Shown here one piece after another: positions 37,349-46,243 of a DNA stretch of 64,000 nt. The position numbers and the translations under genes were made by a program. Position 1 is the first letter of the stretch; every line of letters starts with the position of its first letter. Under the pieces are notes generated by a model. The model worked only from the letters and a program-made list of their open reading frames with translations, made no database searches and had not been told where the DNA came from. Source of the stretch: Dehalococcoidia bacterium (GTDB lineage: Bacteria > Chloroflexota > Dehalococcoidia > Lucifugimonadales > SHYT01); NCBI GenBank assembly GCA_009692665.1, contig SHYT01000007.1:32054-96053 (forward strand), written 5' to 3'.

Positions 37349-38023
37349 ATGACCGGCAAAGTCGCTGAGGTAGTGGAATCGTCCTCCACCTTCTTCGTCG
37401 CCCAGTGCTACCGCCTCTATGACGCCCCCCCGCTCGGTGCCCTCGTGCGCGCCGGCGATCCCTCGGCTACGCTCGGGACAGGCTCTGATCTCATCTACGG
37501 CATCGTCTGCAACGTCGCCACCGGCCCGCTCGATACCGGCCGCCGCGTCCTCCCACGCGGCGAGGCTGAGGAAAGCGAAGAGGACCTCTACCGCGAAAAC
37601 CCCCAGCTTTCGCACGTCCTTGCCACTCGCTTCGAAGCCGCCATCGTCGCGCACTCCACTAAAGATGGCCGGGGCAAAGACGGCCTGCGCCAGGGCCTGC
37701 CGCCGCTCCCGCCGCACGTCCACGCCTTCGTCTTCCCGTGCGAGCCGTCAGAGCTCGCCCAGTTCGCCAAAGACTTCCGCTTTCTCCACCTCCTCCTCAC
37801 CGCCCCCAACCTTAGCGGCCCCGCCGCTGACGAAGTCATCTCCGCCTGCCTTCGCGCTTTGGTCGCCTCGAACAAAGCACAGAATCCTGTCCCGATCACT
37901 TCGGGAGGCAAGGCTCCCACAGACGAGCGAGCGCTCCTCCTCCAAGCCGGCCGCGCCCTCGCCCGTGAGCTCACCGACGACGCCCACCGTCTGAACACCC
38001 TCCTGCGCGGCCTGACGCAATGA
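37349..38023 (+). CDS. hypothetical protein with a HAS-barrel-like N-terminus, translationally coupled to HerA
   Basis: ATG 8 nt after GAGGGGG. N-terminal GKVAEVVESSSTFFVAQCY..PLGALVRAG..IYGIVCNV resembles a HerA-type barrel. ATGA overlap with the next gene (38020-38023). Confidence 0.6.
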   Translation: MTGKVAEVVESSSTFFVAQCYRLYDAPPLGALVRAGDPSATLGTGSDLIYGIVCNVATGPLDTGRRVLPRGEAEESEEDLYRENPQLSHVLATRFEAAIVAHSTKDGRGKDGLRQGLPPLPPHVHAFVFPCEPSELAQFAKDFRFLHLLLTAPNLSGPAADEVISACLRALVASNKAQNPVPITSGGKAPTDERALLLQAGRALARELTDDAHRLNTLLRGLTQ

Positions 38024-39663
38024 CCACCAACCACACCCCCAACAACGGCACCTACATGGGCATGGTCATCGGCGGCTCCCTTGAGGCTGGCGTCGAAGTC
38101 AAGCTCGCCCCCACTGCCTCCGTCGAAGACGTGAAGGTCGGCACCTTCATGACCCTCGCCGGCGAGCGCTCCCGCTTCATGGGCCTCGTCACCGACGTCC
38201 AGCTCCGCGCCACCGATCCCGCCTTCGCCGCCGTCACCCCTGACCCGGACGACACCCTCTCCGCGCAGGTCATGGCCGGCACCACCGCCTACGCCGTCGT
38301 CAAAGTGCGCCCCCAAATCGTCCTGCCCGAAATCGCGGGCGACGTGAAACCAGGAGAGGACGTTGAGCTCTCCCCCGCCAAGACCATCCCCGCGCACTTC
38401 TCCCGCGCCTTCACCGCCTCCGAGACCGACATCGGCATCGTGTTCGGCAAAGAGGACGCGCGCCACTTTTACGTCGGCAACCCGCTCGACCTGGAGGCCA
38501 AGGTCTGCCTGGACATGCAGCGGTTCGTGGAGCGCAGCAGCGGCGTCTTCGGCAAAAGCGGCACCGGCAAAAGCTTCCTCACCCGCCTTGTGCTCATCGG
38601 CATGGCGCAAAAGACCAGCGCCGTCAGCCTCGTCTTCGACATGCACAGCGAGTACGGCTGGTCCGGCCAGGACACCGACCGCTCCCGCCAGGTCAAGGGC
38701 CTCAAGCAGCTCTTCCCCTCACGCGTCGCTGTCTTCACACTGGACGAAGAGAGCACCCGCCGCAAAGGCATCACCCCGGACGGCGTCGTCCGCATCGGCT
38801 ACGACCAGGTGGAGCCGGAAGACATCCAGCTTCTCGCGGAGACCTTGAACCTCACGCCCAACGCTGTCCAGGCCGCCTACCGCCTACCGCGCTACAACGG
38901 CTGGGGCAAGCAGTGGCTGGAAAAGTTCCTTGAGGTCGAGCCGCCGCAGCTCCAGGACATTGCCATCCAGCTCAGCGAAAGCCCCATGACCATCGAAGCC
39001 CTCCACCGCCGCCTGGAACGTCTCAAACGCCTCCCGTTCATCGGCACCTTCCCGGACGAGCAGGCCATCCACGGCATCCTAGACTCCCTCAAGCGCGGCC
39101 GCCACGTCGTCCTCGAGTTCGGCCGCTACCGCAACTCGCTCGACGCCTACATCCTCGTCGCCAGCGTCCTCACCCGCCGCATCCACGACCACTGGACCCA
39201 GCAGGTCGAGCACGCCCAGGGCGACAGCGCCAAAGAGCCGCCCCCGCTCGTCATCGTCATTGAAGAGGCGCACAAGTTCCTCAGCCCGGACGTCGCCTCC
39301 CAGACCACCTTCGGCACCATCGCCCGCGAGCTGCGCAAGTACAAGGTCACCCTGCTTGTCATCGACCAGCGCCCCGGCTCCATCGACTCTGAGGTCATGA
39401 GCCAGATCGGCACCAAAATCGTCTGCCTGCTCGACAACGAAAAGGACATCGACGCCGCCCTCTCCGGCGTCGCCGGCGCCAGAGCGTTACGCGAAGTGCT
39501 GGCGCGCATGGAGTCTAAGCAGCAAGCCCTCTTCCTGGGCCACGCGTTGCCGATGCCCGTCGTCGTCCGCATCCGTGAATACGGAAGTGAAGACTCCTAC
39601 CGCCAACTCCTCCAGCCGACTACGGCGCGGCGTAAAGACGGCGGCGACGAGCTATTTGGGTGA
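38020..39663 (+). CDS. herA: HerA-like (DUF87) hexameric ATPase/helicase
   Basis: N-terminal barrel, Walker A GKSGTGKSFL, Walker B LVIVIEEAHKF, C-terminal LLVIDQRPGSID. Confidence 0.85.
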   Translation: MTTNHTPNNGTYMGMVIGGSLEAGVEVKLAPTASVEDVKVGTFMTLAGERSRFMGLVTDVQLRATDPAFAAVTPDPDDTLSAQVMAGTTAYAVVKVRPQIVLPEIAGDVKPGEDVELSPAKTIPAHFSRAFTASETDIGIVFGKEDARHFYVGNPLDLEAKVCLDMQRFVERSSGVFGKSGTGKSFLTRLVLIGMAQKTSAVSLVFDMHSEYGWSGQDTDRSRQVKGLKQLFPSRVAVFTLDEESTRRKGITPDGVVRIGYDQVEPEDIQLLAETLNLTPNAVQAAYRLPRYNGWGKQWLEKFLEVEPPQLQDIAIQLSESPMTIEALHRRLERLKRLPFIGTFPDEQAIHGILDSLKRGRHVVLEFGRYRNSLDAYILVASVLTRRIHDHWTQQVEHAQGDSAKEPPPLVIVIEEAHKFLSPDVASQTTFGTIARELRKYKVTLLVIDQRPGSIDSEVMSQIGTKIVCLLDNEKDIDAALSGVAGARALREVLARMESKQQALFLGHALPMPVVVRIREYGSEDSYRQLLQPTTARRKDGGDELFG

Positions 39664-39964
39664 CCGGCCTCGTTCAACAGGCCACGCATTTTGTCATTCT
39701 GAGCAAAGCCGCAGCGTTGTCGAAGAATCCGTGCCCAGACCCACGAGGTGACCACAGTTGTTACCCGTTCGTGGTGAGCTTGTCTAATCCATGATCGGAA
39801 ACTATGCCGTCTCTACCAGCCGTAGACTTTTAGGACAAGGCACGGGCCGGAACTGCGCGGGAGCATGTACTCGATGGAATCCCGCATGCTCTTACAGAGC
39901 GCCGATCCGGATGGAAACGTGCTGCTTCCTACGGCGAGAGGTGGCAGGATAACCCTCATCCTCG

Positions 39965-39984
39965 CCTTCTCCCGCAGGAGAAGG
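39965..39984. repeat. Short hairpin repeat CCTTCTCC-CGCA-GGAGAAGG(GATT)
   Basis: Related to the 46215-46243 hairpin. Both have TCTCC/GGAGA arms and end in GGGATT. Confidence 0.6.
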
Positions 39985-40028
39985 GATTGGTGGTGAGCTC
40001 GAGGAATGCGTATTCTCAGAGCAATGAC

Positions 40029-42719
40029 CTAGCCGGCTGGGTCTACGTCTACGCTCCAGGCAGCAGAGATGCCAACACGAGTGAGGAACGGGGTGATCTC
40101 GCTGCCAAGCGGAAGGGGAAACCGCAGCAGCAGTTGCCAGCGGTAGTATCCGCGGATGCGCGATGGGTACGCGGGCCCAGGGCCGACGACCTCCACCTCA
40201 CCGAAGCCTTCCCGGAGCAGCGTGTCCGTGATGCGCCTGCCCATGTTTTCGACTTCTTCCTGGCACTTTGCCTCGTTCACGTGCTGGTACAGCAGCCTTA
40301 CCAGGCGGCTGTACGGCGGATTGGCGTGCTCACGGCGATAGCCGATTTCCTGCTGGTAGAAGCCGGCGTAGTCCTGGCGGGCGGCTGCCTGGATGGCGTA
40401 ATGCTCCGGGGAGTAGGTCTGGATGACCACGCGTCCCGGCAACTCTGCGCGGCCTGCGCGCCCGGCGACCTGGCAGAGCACCTGGAACAGCCGCTCACCT
40501 GAGCGCAAGTCGGGCGAATGCAGCCCGACGTCCGCGAGCACCACGCCGACCACCGTCACGCGCGGCAGGTGCAGGCCCTTGGCGACCATCTGCGTTCCCA
40601 CCAGCACCTGTGCCTCGCCATTGCTGAACCGCTGCATGATGTCCTGGTGCGCCCTGCGGTCCCGCGCGGTGTCCTGGTCCCAGCGCAGCACAGGCGCACC
40701 AAAGGCAGCCTTCACCTCATCTGCGACGCGTTGCGTGCCAATGCCCAGGTAGCGAATGTGGACGCCCTTGCACTCAGGACACTGCGACGGCGGTTTCGTC
40801 TTTGCCCCACAGAGATGGCAGAGGAGCCTGTCCGATGCGCTGTGGTAGGTCATGGCGAGGTCGCACCGCCTGCACCGTACGATGTACCCGCAATCGCGGC
40901 ACTGCACCACGCCGGCGGAACCGCGGCGATTGAGGAAAAGGATGACTTGCTCACCGCGCTGGAGCGCGCTGCCGAGCGCCGTATGGAGGCTGCGGCTGAA
41001 GATGCTGCGGTTGCCGTCTTTCAACTCCTGCCGCATGTCCACCACCTGCACTTGCGACAGCGGCAGCGACGCGGGCCTCCCTTCCGGCCCGGTGGTGAGG
41101 CGCTCAGAGAGTTGCAGGAGCGTGTGCTCGCCGGCAAGCGCGTCGTGGTACGTGCCGACGTCCGGCGTGGCGCTGCCCATGAACACCACGGCGCCCGTCA
41201 ACTCCGATAGCTTGCGAGCGACGTCTCGTGCGTGGTACCTGGGTGAGGGGTCTTCCTGTTTGTAAGTCCACTCATGTTCCTCGTCAATGACGATGAGGGC
41301 CACATCGGGCTGTGGCGTGAACAGTGCGCTACGGGAGCCGAGCACCACGTCGAACTCACCGTTGCGAATGCGCCACCAGGTATCGAACTGCTCGCCAGCG
41401 GAGAGACCGCTGTGGAACAGGGCAATACGGCCTGGGAATCGGCTGCTGAGGCGCTGGACGGCCTGCGGCGTGAGCGCGATTTCCGGCACCAGGTACATGC
41501 CGCGTTTGCCGGCCGCCACGCACTGGGCGAGCGCTTGCAGGTAGACTTCCGTCTTGCCGCTGCCGGTGACGCCTTCCAGTACAAAGCTGCGCTGCGTTCC
41601 CTGTCCCGCCAGAGCCGCAAGCACCTGCTCCAGCGCGCCCGACTGCGCCGCCGTCAGGAGCAACGGAGACTCGATTTGGAAGCCGCTCCCAGCAAGCGGG
41701 TCGCGAATGAGCCGCTCACGTTCGATGTGGGCGATGGCGCGCTTGAGCAGTACGTTAACGGCTGCGGCCCCGTATTCCTTGCGGGCCTGGCTGGCGGGTA
41801 TATCCCCTTCCACTAAGAGTCGCTTTAGAAGCGCAACCAGCGTCGGTCTATCGCCCACGCCAAATTGCTGCACTAAAGGGATAACCTGAGCGGGTTTGAT
41901 CTTGAGCACAACTTGGTTGCCTTCAACCCCGATAGCTCCCAGTTTTCTAAGAGCCGTGACAGCACTCGCTCCATAGGTTTTGCGGGCCTGACTTGCAATC
42001 AGTGACCCATTGGTAACTAACGTTTGCAGTAACGCCACATGCCTTGGTTTCCTCTCGGTTCCCATCTCATAACCAAACTCAGCAACGCCTGTTGCCTTGG
42101 TAGAAAGGACTAGCACCTCTTCAAAACGTTGGCTCACCCTTGGCTTAGGCCAGGAATCCTCTCGCTCCACAAGGCCTTCTCGGAGCAGGTGCTGTAGCGC
42201 AGGGCGGGCACCGCGTTCTATTCTCAGCCTGATCGCGTCGTCGTCCAGCGGGCCAGACTGCAACAGCGCTACGACCTGCTGTTCCACGGTGGTTAGTTGC
42301 TCTGCCGACGTTGCGCGTTTTTTGGCCGTTAGTTTGAAGAGCGCTTGCGTGTGGAGCGGGAATCCAGGTGGCATGAGCAACGCTGCCGCTTGGAGGAGCG
42401 AACAGAAGTAATGCTCGCTCATCCATTGCGCCAGGTGGCGCTGCGCTTCAGTCAGCAGAGGGACGGCATCGACGACGGCCTCCACGTCGCGGGGGGTGAC
42501 GTCAGGTGCGCGGTGGTGGAGCTTGAAGATGACGCCTTGCACACGGCGCCGCCCCAGAGGGACGATAACGGTCTGGCCGTCGTAGAGCGTGAGCGAGGAG
42601 GGTACGGAGTAGGTCAGTGTGCGGCCGGGAGCAAGCGGGGCATCGACCGCCACCTCAGCAAAAAGAACGCCCGGAAGGGCGTTCTTTGGTGGTTGCTGGT
42701 GCGTGAGGGGCAAAGCCAC
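40029..42719 (-). CDS. priA: Primosomal protein N' (PriA) with extra winged-helix-like modules
   Basis: GVTGSGKTEVY, VIDEEHEW, Cys-rich zinc region CRDCGYIVRCRRCD..CHLCG..CPEC. 896 aa. Confidence 0.9.
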   Translation of the reverse strand: MALPLTHQQPPKNALPGVLFAEVAVDAPLAPGRTLTYSVPSSLTLYDGQTVIVPLGRRRVQGVIFKLHHRAPDVTPRDVEAVVDAVPLLTEAQRHLAQWMSEHYFCSLLQAAALLMPPGFPLHTQALFKLTAKKRATSAEQLTTVEQQVVALLQSGPLDDDAIRLRIERGARPALQHLLREGLVEREDSWPKPRVSQRFEEVLVLSTKATGVAEFGYEMGTERKPRHVALLQTLVTNGSLIASQARKTYGASAVTALRKLGAIGVEGNQVVLKIKPAQVIPLVQQFGVGDRPTLVALLKRLLVEGDIPASQARKEYGAAAVNVLLKRAIAHIERERLIRDPLAGSGFQIESPLLLTAAQSGALEQVLAALAGQGTQRSFVLEGVTGSGKTEVYLQALAQCVAAGKRGMYLVPEIALTPQAVQRLSSRFPGRIALFHSGLSAGEQFDTWWRIRNGEFDVVLGSRSALFTPQPDVALIVIDEEHEWTYKQEDPSPRYHARDVARKLSELTGAVVFMGSATPDVGTYHDALAGEHTLLQLSERLTTGPEGRPASLPLSQVQVVDMRQELKDGNRSIFSRSLHTALGSALQRGEQVILFLNRRGSAGVVQCRDCGYIVRCRRCDLAMTYHSASDRLLCHLCGAKTKPPSQCPECKGVHIRYLGIGTQRVADEVKAAFGAPVLRWDQDTARDRRAHQDIMQRFSNGEAQVLVGTQMVAKGLHLPRVTVVGVVLADVGLHSPDLRSGERLFQVLCQVAGRAGRAELPGRVVIQTYSPEHYAIQAAARQDYAGFYQQEIGYRREHANPPYSRLVRLLYQHVNEAKCQEEVENMGRRITDTLLREGFGEVEVVGPGPAYPSRIRGYYRWQLLLRFPLPLGSEITPFLTRVGISAAWSVDVDPAG

Positions 42720-42763
42720 GAGCCCCTCCTAGGAAAGGACTTGGCGAGAGGATTTGCCGTGTG

Positions 42764-43174
42764 CTAGGTGGACGCCGGGGTCGAAGTTGCTGCGGCGACT
42801 TGAGCTGGAGCGGCAGCGGTCGCGCCCGCCACCATCTTGCGCTCCTTGACGCGCGCCGCCTTGCCGGACAACTCGCGCAGGTATTGCAGGTTTGTGCGAC
42901 GGACATCGCCGTGGCGAATGATACCGACGGACTCAACGAGTGGCGACTTGTAAAGGAACGTGCGTTCGATGCCGACCTCGAAGGCCACCCGGCGGACGGT
43001 GAACGAGGCGGCCGGGCCGTTCCCACCCTCGCGGACGACGACGCCCTGGAAGGGCTGAATGCGGAACTTTTCGCCTTCCTTAATCTTGAAGTTGACCTTC
43101 ACGGTATCGCCCGACCGAAAGTTGGCGATATTCTGGTTCGGGTCTTGTTTGACGAGTTTGTGGGCATTGGCCAT
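42764..43174 (-). CDS. rplS: 50S ribosomal protein L19
   Basis: FRSGDTVKVNFKIKEG..RIQPFQGVVV. ATG at 43174 follows AGAGGA. Ala/Thr-rich C-terminal tail. Confidence 0.9.
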   Translation of the reverse strand: MANAHKLVKQDPNQNIANFRSGDTVKVNFKIKEGEKFRIQPFQGVVVREGGNGPAASFTVRRVAFEVGIERTFLYKSPLVESVGIIRHGDVRRTNLQYLRELSGKAARVKERKMVAGATAAAPAQVAAATSTPAST

Positions 43175-43348
43175 GATGCTTGTCCTCTTCTTATAGCGCG
43201 GCCTATGATGCACATGGCTTGGCGCTGAGAATCATCTGGAAAACTGATACGTATTGTAGCGCACGGAGGCATGTCTCCTCAAGTGCTGCGTGTCGTGGCT
43301 TTCGCCTTGACGTGCCGGCGCCCTCAACGAGATACTGGTGGTCTTCAC

Positions 43349-43421
43349 GCGCCCGTAGCTCAGCGGATAGAGCACGTGGCTTCGGACCACGGGGTCGGGG
43401 GTTCAAATCCCTCCGGGCGCA
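43349..43421 (+). tRNA. tRNA-Arg (anticodon TCG)
   Basis: Manual cloverleaf: GCGCCCG/CGGGCGC acceptor, GCTC..GAGC D arm, CGTGG-CTTCGGA-CCACG anticodon arm, GGGGG-TTCAAAT-CCCTC T arm. Confidence 0.9.
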
Positions 43422-43443
43422 CTAGCGGTACTGCTTTTCCGGA

Positions 43444-43839
43444 CTATGCCTCACGCGATCGCCATTCCACAATTTCAATGCGGACGTCTTGTGGCCCTCG
43501 AATCATGGCGATTTTGACTCCGTTGGGGAGCTTGCGCGGCTCTGTGGAGAATTCCGCACCTTTGGCTTTCAGCTCTTCTACTGCCTGGTCCAGATCATCA
43601 ACTTTGAGGCCGAAGTGGTCGAGCCCGTTGTGGGCGTCGATTGTGCCGACTGGGGTTTGCGGATCAGACCGGGCGATGAACACTGCCATCCCGTTGATGC
43701 TCAGGTCAATGCGGGGCAGGCCGGATGGTTGAGGCGTTTCGATGATTTTTGCGCCAAACATATCGCGGTAGAACTCGGCGGTCTTCCGGGGGTCTGGGCT
43801 CCGCAGGTGGACGTGGTGGTAGCGGAACGTGGTTGGCAT
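43444..43839 (-). CDS. VOC family protein (glyoxalase / methylmalonyl-CoA epimerase-like)
   Basis: 131 aa. HHVHLRSPD and GLDHFGLKVDDL metal-site contexts. Confidence 0.75.
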   Translation of the reverse strand: MPTTFRYHHVHLRSPDPRKTAEFYRDMFGAKIIETPQPSGLPRIDLSINGMAVFIARSDPQTPVGTIDAHNGLDHFGLKVDDLDQAVEELKAKGAEFSTEPRKLPNGVKIAMIRGPQDVRIEIVEWRSREA

Positions 43840-44217
43840 GATTATTCTCCTCTAACGCGGGGCGATGACCTTATTTTGGCCCGCCGTGGGTTTGGCTGTC
43901 CCACTATACGCCGGACACAGCGGCAGGGCTAGCAGCTGGCATCGCTCACTCCGCGCTAGCGTGGGCTCTTTGCAGACACACTTTTTCATGGCTTGTAGGC
44001 TACGCTGCGGACTCATTATGTCGCGCAATGGAAAACATAAGTAGAAGCCCCTTGCGCCCCTTGACGACCAGGCGTACGATGATTCTCCCTAACCCTAGAT
44101 GCGGCTTGTGCTGAGGCGGCACTGAGCGCAGGAGCGTGCATCATCAACGGAGGTGGGGAGTGTGCTGAGCAGGTGTCCTGCTTCGTTGGTATTGCGCAGG
44201 GGAGGTAACTAAAAGCC

Positions 44218-44517
44218 ATGATCAGCCTCAGCGATTCCGACCAGGTGCGGCTTAGCCAACTCAAGACCATTTTTGATGACATGTTGGAAAAGTGCGACGA
44301 CATTGCATTTAAGACGCACGCGGAGCCAATGAAGCTCCGCTACGACATCCACCGCCTGCACGATGCCGTCAGCGAGCCTAACCCCAAGACCATGGCCGTC
44401 GCCGCCATCCTCGCCCGCAGCCTGTTGGAGCGCGAGCTAGTCCCTGAGGAGCATCGCGCAACCGTCAAGGTGTTCCTTGTTCGCCAGCCATTTGACTTCG
44501 AGAATAGCCGTCAGTAG
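44218..44517 (+). CDS. hypothetical protein
   Basis: 99 aa. GGGGAGG lies upstream and a strong terminator hairpin follows. Confidence 0.55.
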   Translation: MISLSDSDQVRLSQLKTIFDDMLEKCDDIAFKTHAEPMKLRYDIHRLHDAVSEPNPKTMAVAAILARSLLERELVPEEHRATVKVFLVRQPFDFENSRQ

Positions 44518-44538
44518 CCCCCTCGCAACTTGCTTCGC

Positions 44539-44578
44539 ACAGAACGGCTCTGAGCATGCTCAGAGCCGTTCTGTTTGA
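44539..44578 (+). terminator. Perfect 18-nt-arm palindrome terminator
   Basis: ACAGAACGGCTCTGAGCA/TGCTCAGAGCCGTTCTGT followed by TTGA. Confidence 0.6.
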
Positions 44579-44790
44579 GACAGTCACAAAAGCTGGGTAT
44601 TTTAGGCTTGTGTCCCTATGCATCTTACGAATAGCGTATGGATACGCAGATTAATGAGCAAAGGGGAGCCAGTAGTCCACCCCGCCCCGTACAATGAAAT
44701 TAGTAAGGCAAGCAACCAAATCTTCCTAGGTGCACTTTGGCGTGCATCGGTGTGGGCTTGGGATGCGTACTGCTCGTACGGGAGAACATC

Positions 44791-45303
44791 ATGACGAACC
44801 CACTCCCAGCCCGAAAACCCATAGGCCCGCCGAACAGCCACGATGGTGCCGAAGATGAAGGGCCTAAGAAACAAACAGGCCGCGTCATCCCAGCGGCGCA
44901 TCGCTTCCGGCGCGCTGAGCCTGCGCCCGGCCCATTGAAGCGCATCCTTGTTGTGGAAGACGACCCCGGCCTGCTCGACATGGTGCGAGAGATCTTGGAC
45001 ATGTAGGGCTATACAGTGGACACCGCCGTTAACGGCCAGGCCGCCCTGGAGTACCTCGCCCAGCAGCGTCCAGGGCTCATCCTGACGGATATGCGCATGC
45101 CGGTCATGGACGGGTGGGAGCTGATGGAACAAATCCGGGCGCGCAAGCTGGACATTCCTGTCGTCGTCATGTCCGCAGCCGTCGATGCCAAGGCGACCGC
45201 CGAAGAAATCCACGCATCAGGCCACCTCACCAAGCCCTTTAGCATTCGCGAGCTTGTGGACACCGTGATCAGGTTCAACGGCCCGCCGTCCCCCAAGAAC
45301 TAG
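44791..45303 (+). pseudogene. Single-domain response regulator (CheY-like receiver) interrupted by in-frame TAG at 45004-45006
   Basis: ATG at 44791 follows GGGAG. KRILVVEDDPGLLDMVREILDM*GYTVDTAVNG..LILTDMRMPVMDG..VVVMSA..LTKPF. All receiver signature residues are intact. Confidence 0.7.
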
Positions 45304-45305
45304 CC

Positions 45306-45938
45306 CTACTCGTCTAGCTCTACCGGCTTCGCTTCGCCGCGCCACTGCTTCATCAGCGCGTTCTCCAGGCCCAGGCGGTCTAGAATGCGGCCCACTACCA
45401 TGTTCACCAGGTCGTCTACTGACTGGGGGCGATGGTAAAAGCCGGGCATTGCCGGTAGCACCTCACCGCCCGCTTCAGTGACCGCGAGCATGTTGCGCAA
45501 GTGGATGCGGCTGAGCGGCATTTCCCGTGGGACAAGGATGAGATGCCGCCGCTCTTTCAGCATGACGTCGGCGGCGCGCTCAATGAGGCTGGACGAGACG
45601 CCATTGGCGATGCGGCCCAAGGTACCCATGGAGCACGGGACAATGACCATGCCCTGCGTGCGGTATGAGCCGCTGGCGATGGAGGCGGCGTAGTTGTCGT
45701 TTGCAAGCAGTTCAAGCTCGCCCGTGCCGGAGGGAATGTCGAGAAAGGCTTTCCACTGGCGCTCCTTCTCATGGAGCGATCCGCGCAACTCAAGGCCGGA
45801 CTCAATCGCCATCACGCGCTCGCCGGCGGCGGAGATGACGAGCTTGACACTATGGCCGGCACGCAGCAGCGCCGCGAGCAAACGCTCCGCGTACGGCGCT
45901 CCGCTGGCTCCTGTGACGCCGATGACGTAGATGCTCAT
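45306..45938 (-). CDS. ubiX: UbiX-family flavin prenyltransferase
   Basis: IGVTGASGAPYA. ATG at 45938 directly follows GGAGGGGGAG. Confidence 0.9.
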   Translation of the reverse strand: MSIYVIGVTGASGAPYAERLLAALLRAGHSVKLVISAAGERVMAIESGLELRGSLHEKERQWKAFLDIPSGTGELELLANDNYAASIASGSYRTQGMVIVPCSMGTLGRIANGVSSSLIERAADVMLKERRHLILVPREMPLSRIHLRNMLAVTEAGGEVLPAMPGFYHRPQSVDDLVNMVVGRILDRLGLENALMKQWRGEAKPVELDE

Positions 45939-45985
45939 GGTCTCCCCCTCCACATGCCTCGACTTGGCCACTCGGCACGGCTCGT

Positions 45986-46214
45986 GGTCTGCGACTTGGG
46001 GTTCCGCGCGGTTCCACTTCGCCCTGCTCGGAGTCCTGCTGTAGGCAGTCCGCTACCACTGATTCTTAGCTGCAACTTTCAGAATACTTCCCCTCGGTTC
46101 GGGGTCTGCGACTTAGGGTCTGTGGCCCTCGGCTTGGCTGCTTCCTATGGCGCGAGGCGGCCCCTCCGCCCCGCCAACCTCACCCCGTTCGACTTTGCTC
46201 AGGGTCTGCGACCT
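45986..46214. repeat. Three direct copies of GGTCTGCGAC(T/C)T in the ubiA-ubiX spacer
   Basis: Copies at 45986-45997, 46103-46114 and 46203-46214. Confidence 0.8.
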
Positions 46215-46243
46215 AAATCCCTCTCCCATGAGGAGAGGGATTT
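46215..46243. repeat. Perfect 12-bp hairpin AAATCCCTCTCC-CATGA-GGAGAGGGATTT
   Basis: Seen directly. Same arm type as 39965-39984. Confidence 0.8.

Noticed and set aside
37455-37490. CGGCTACGCTCGGGACAGGCTCTGA inside the 224-aa ORF, which resembles the intergenic repeat flavour, as a repeat insertion into coding sequence.
   Set aside because: It is in frame and the resemblance is short and subjective. No second copy is present in the window.
44602-45213. 203-aa minus-strand ORF.
   Set aside because: It is antisense to the response-regulator gene, whose receiver motifs are unambiguous.
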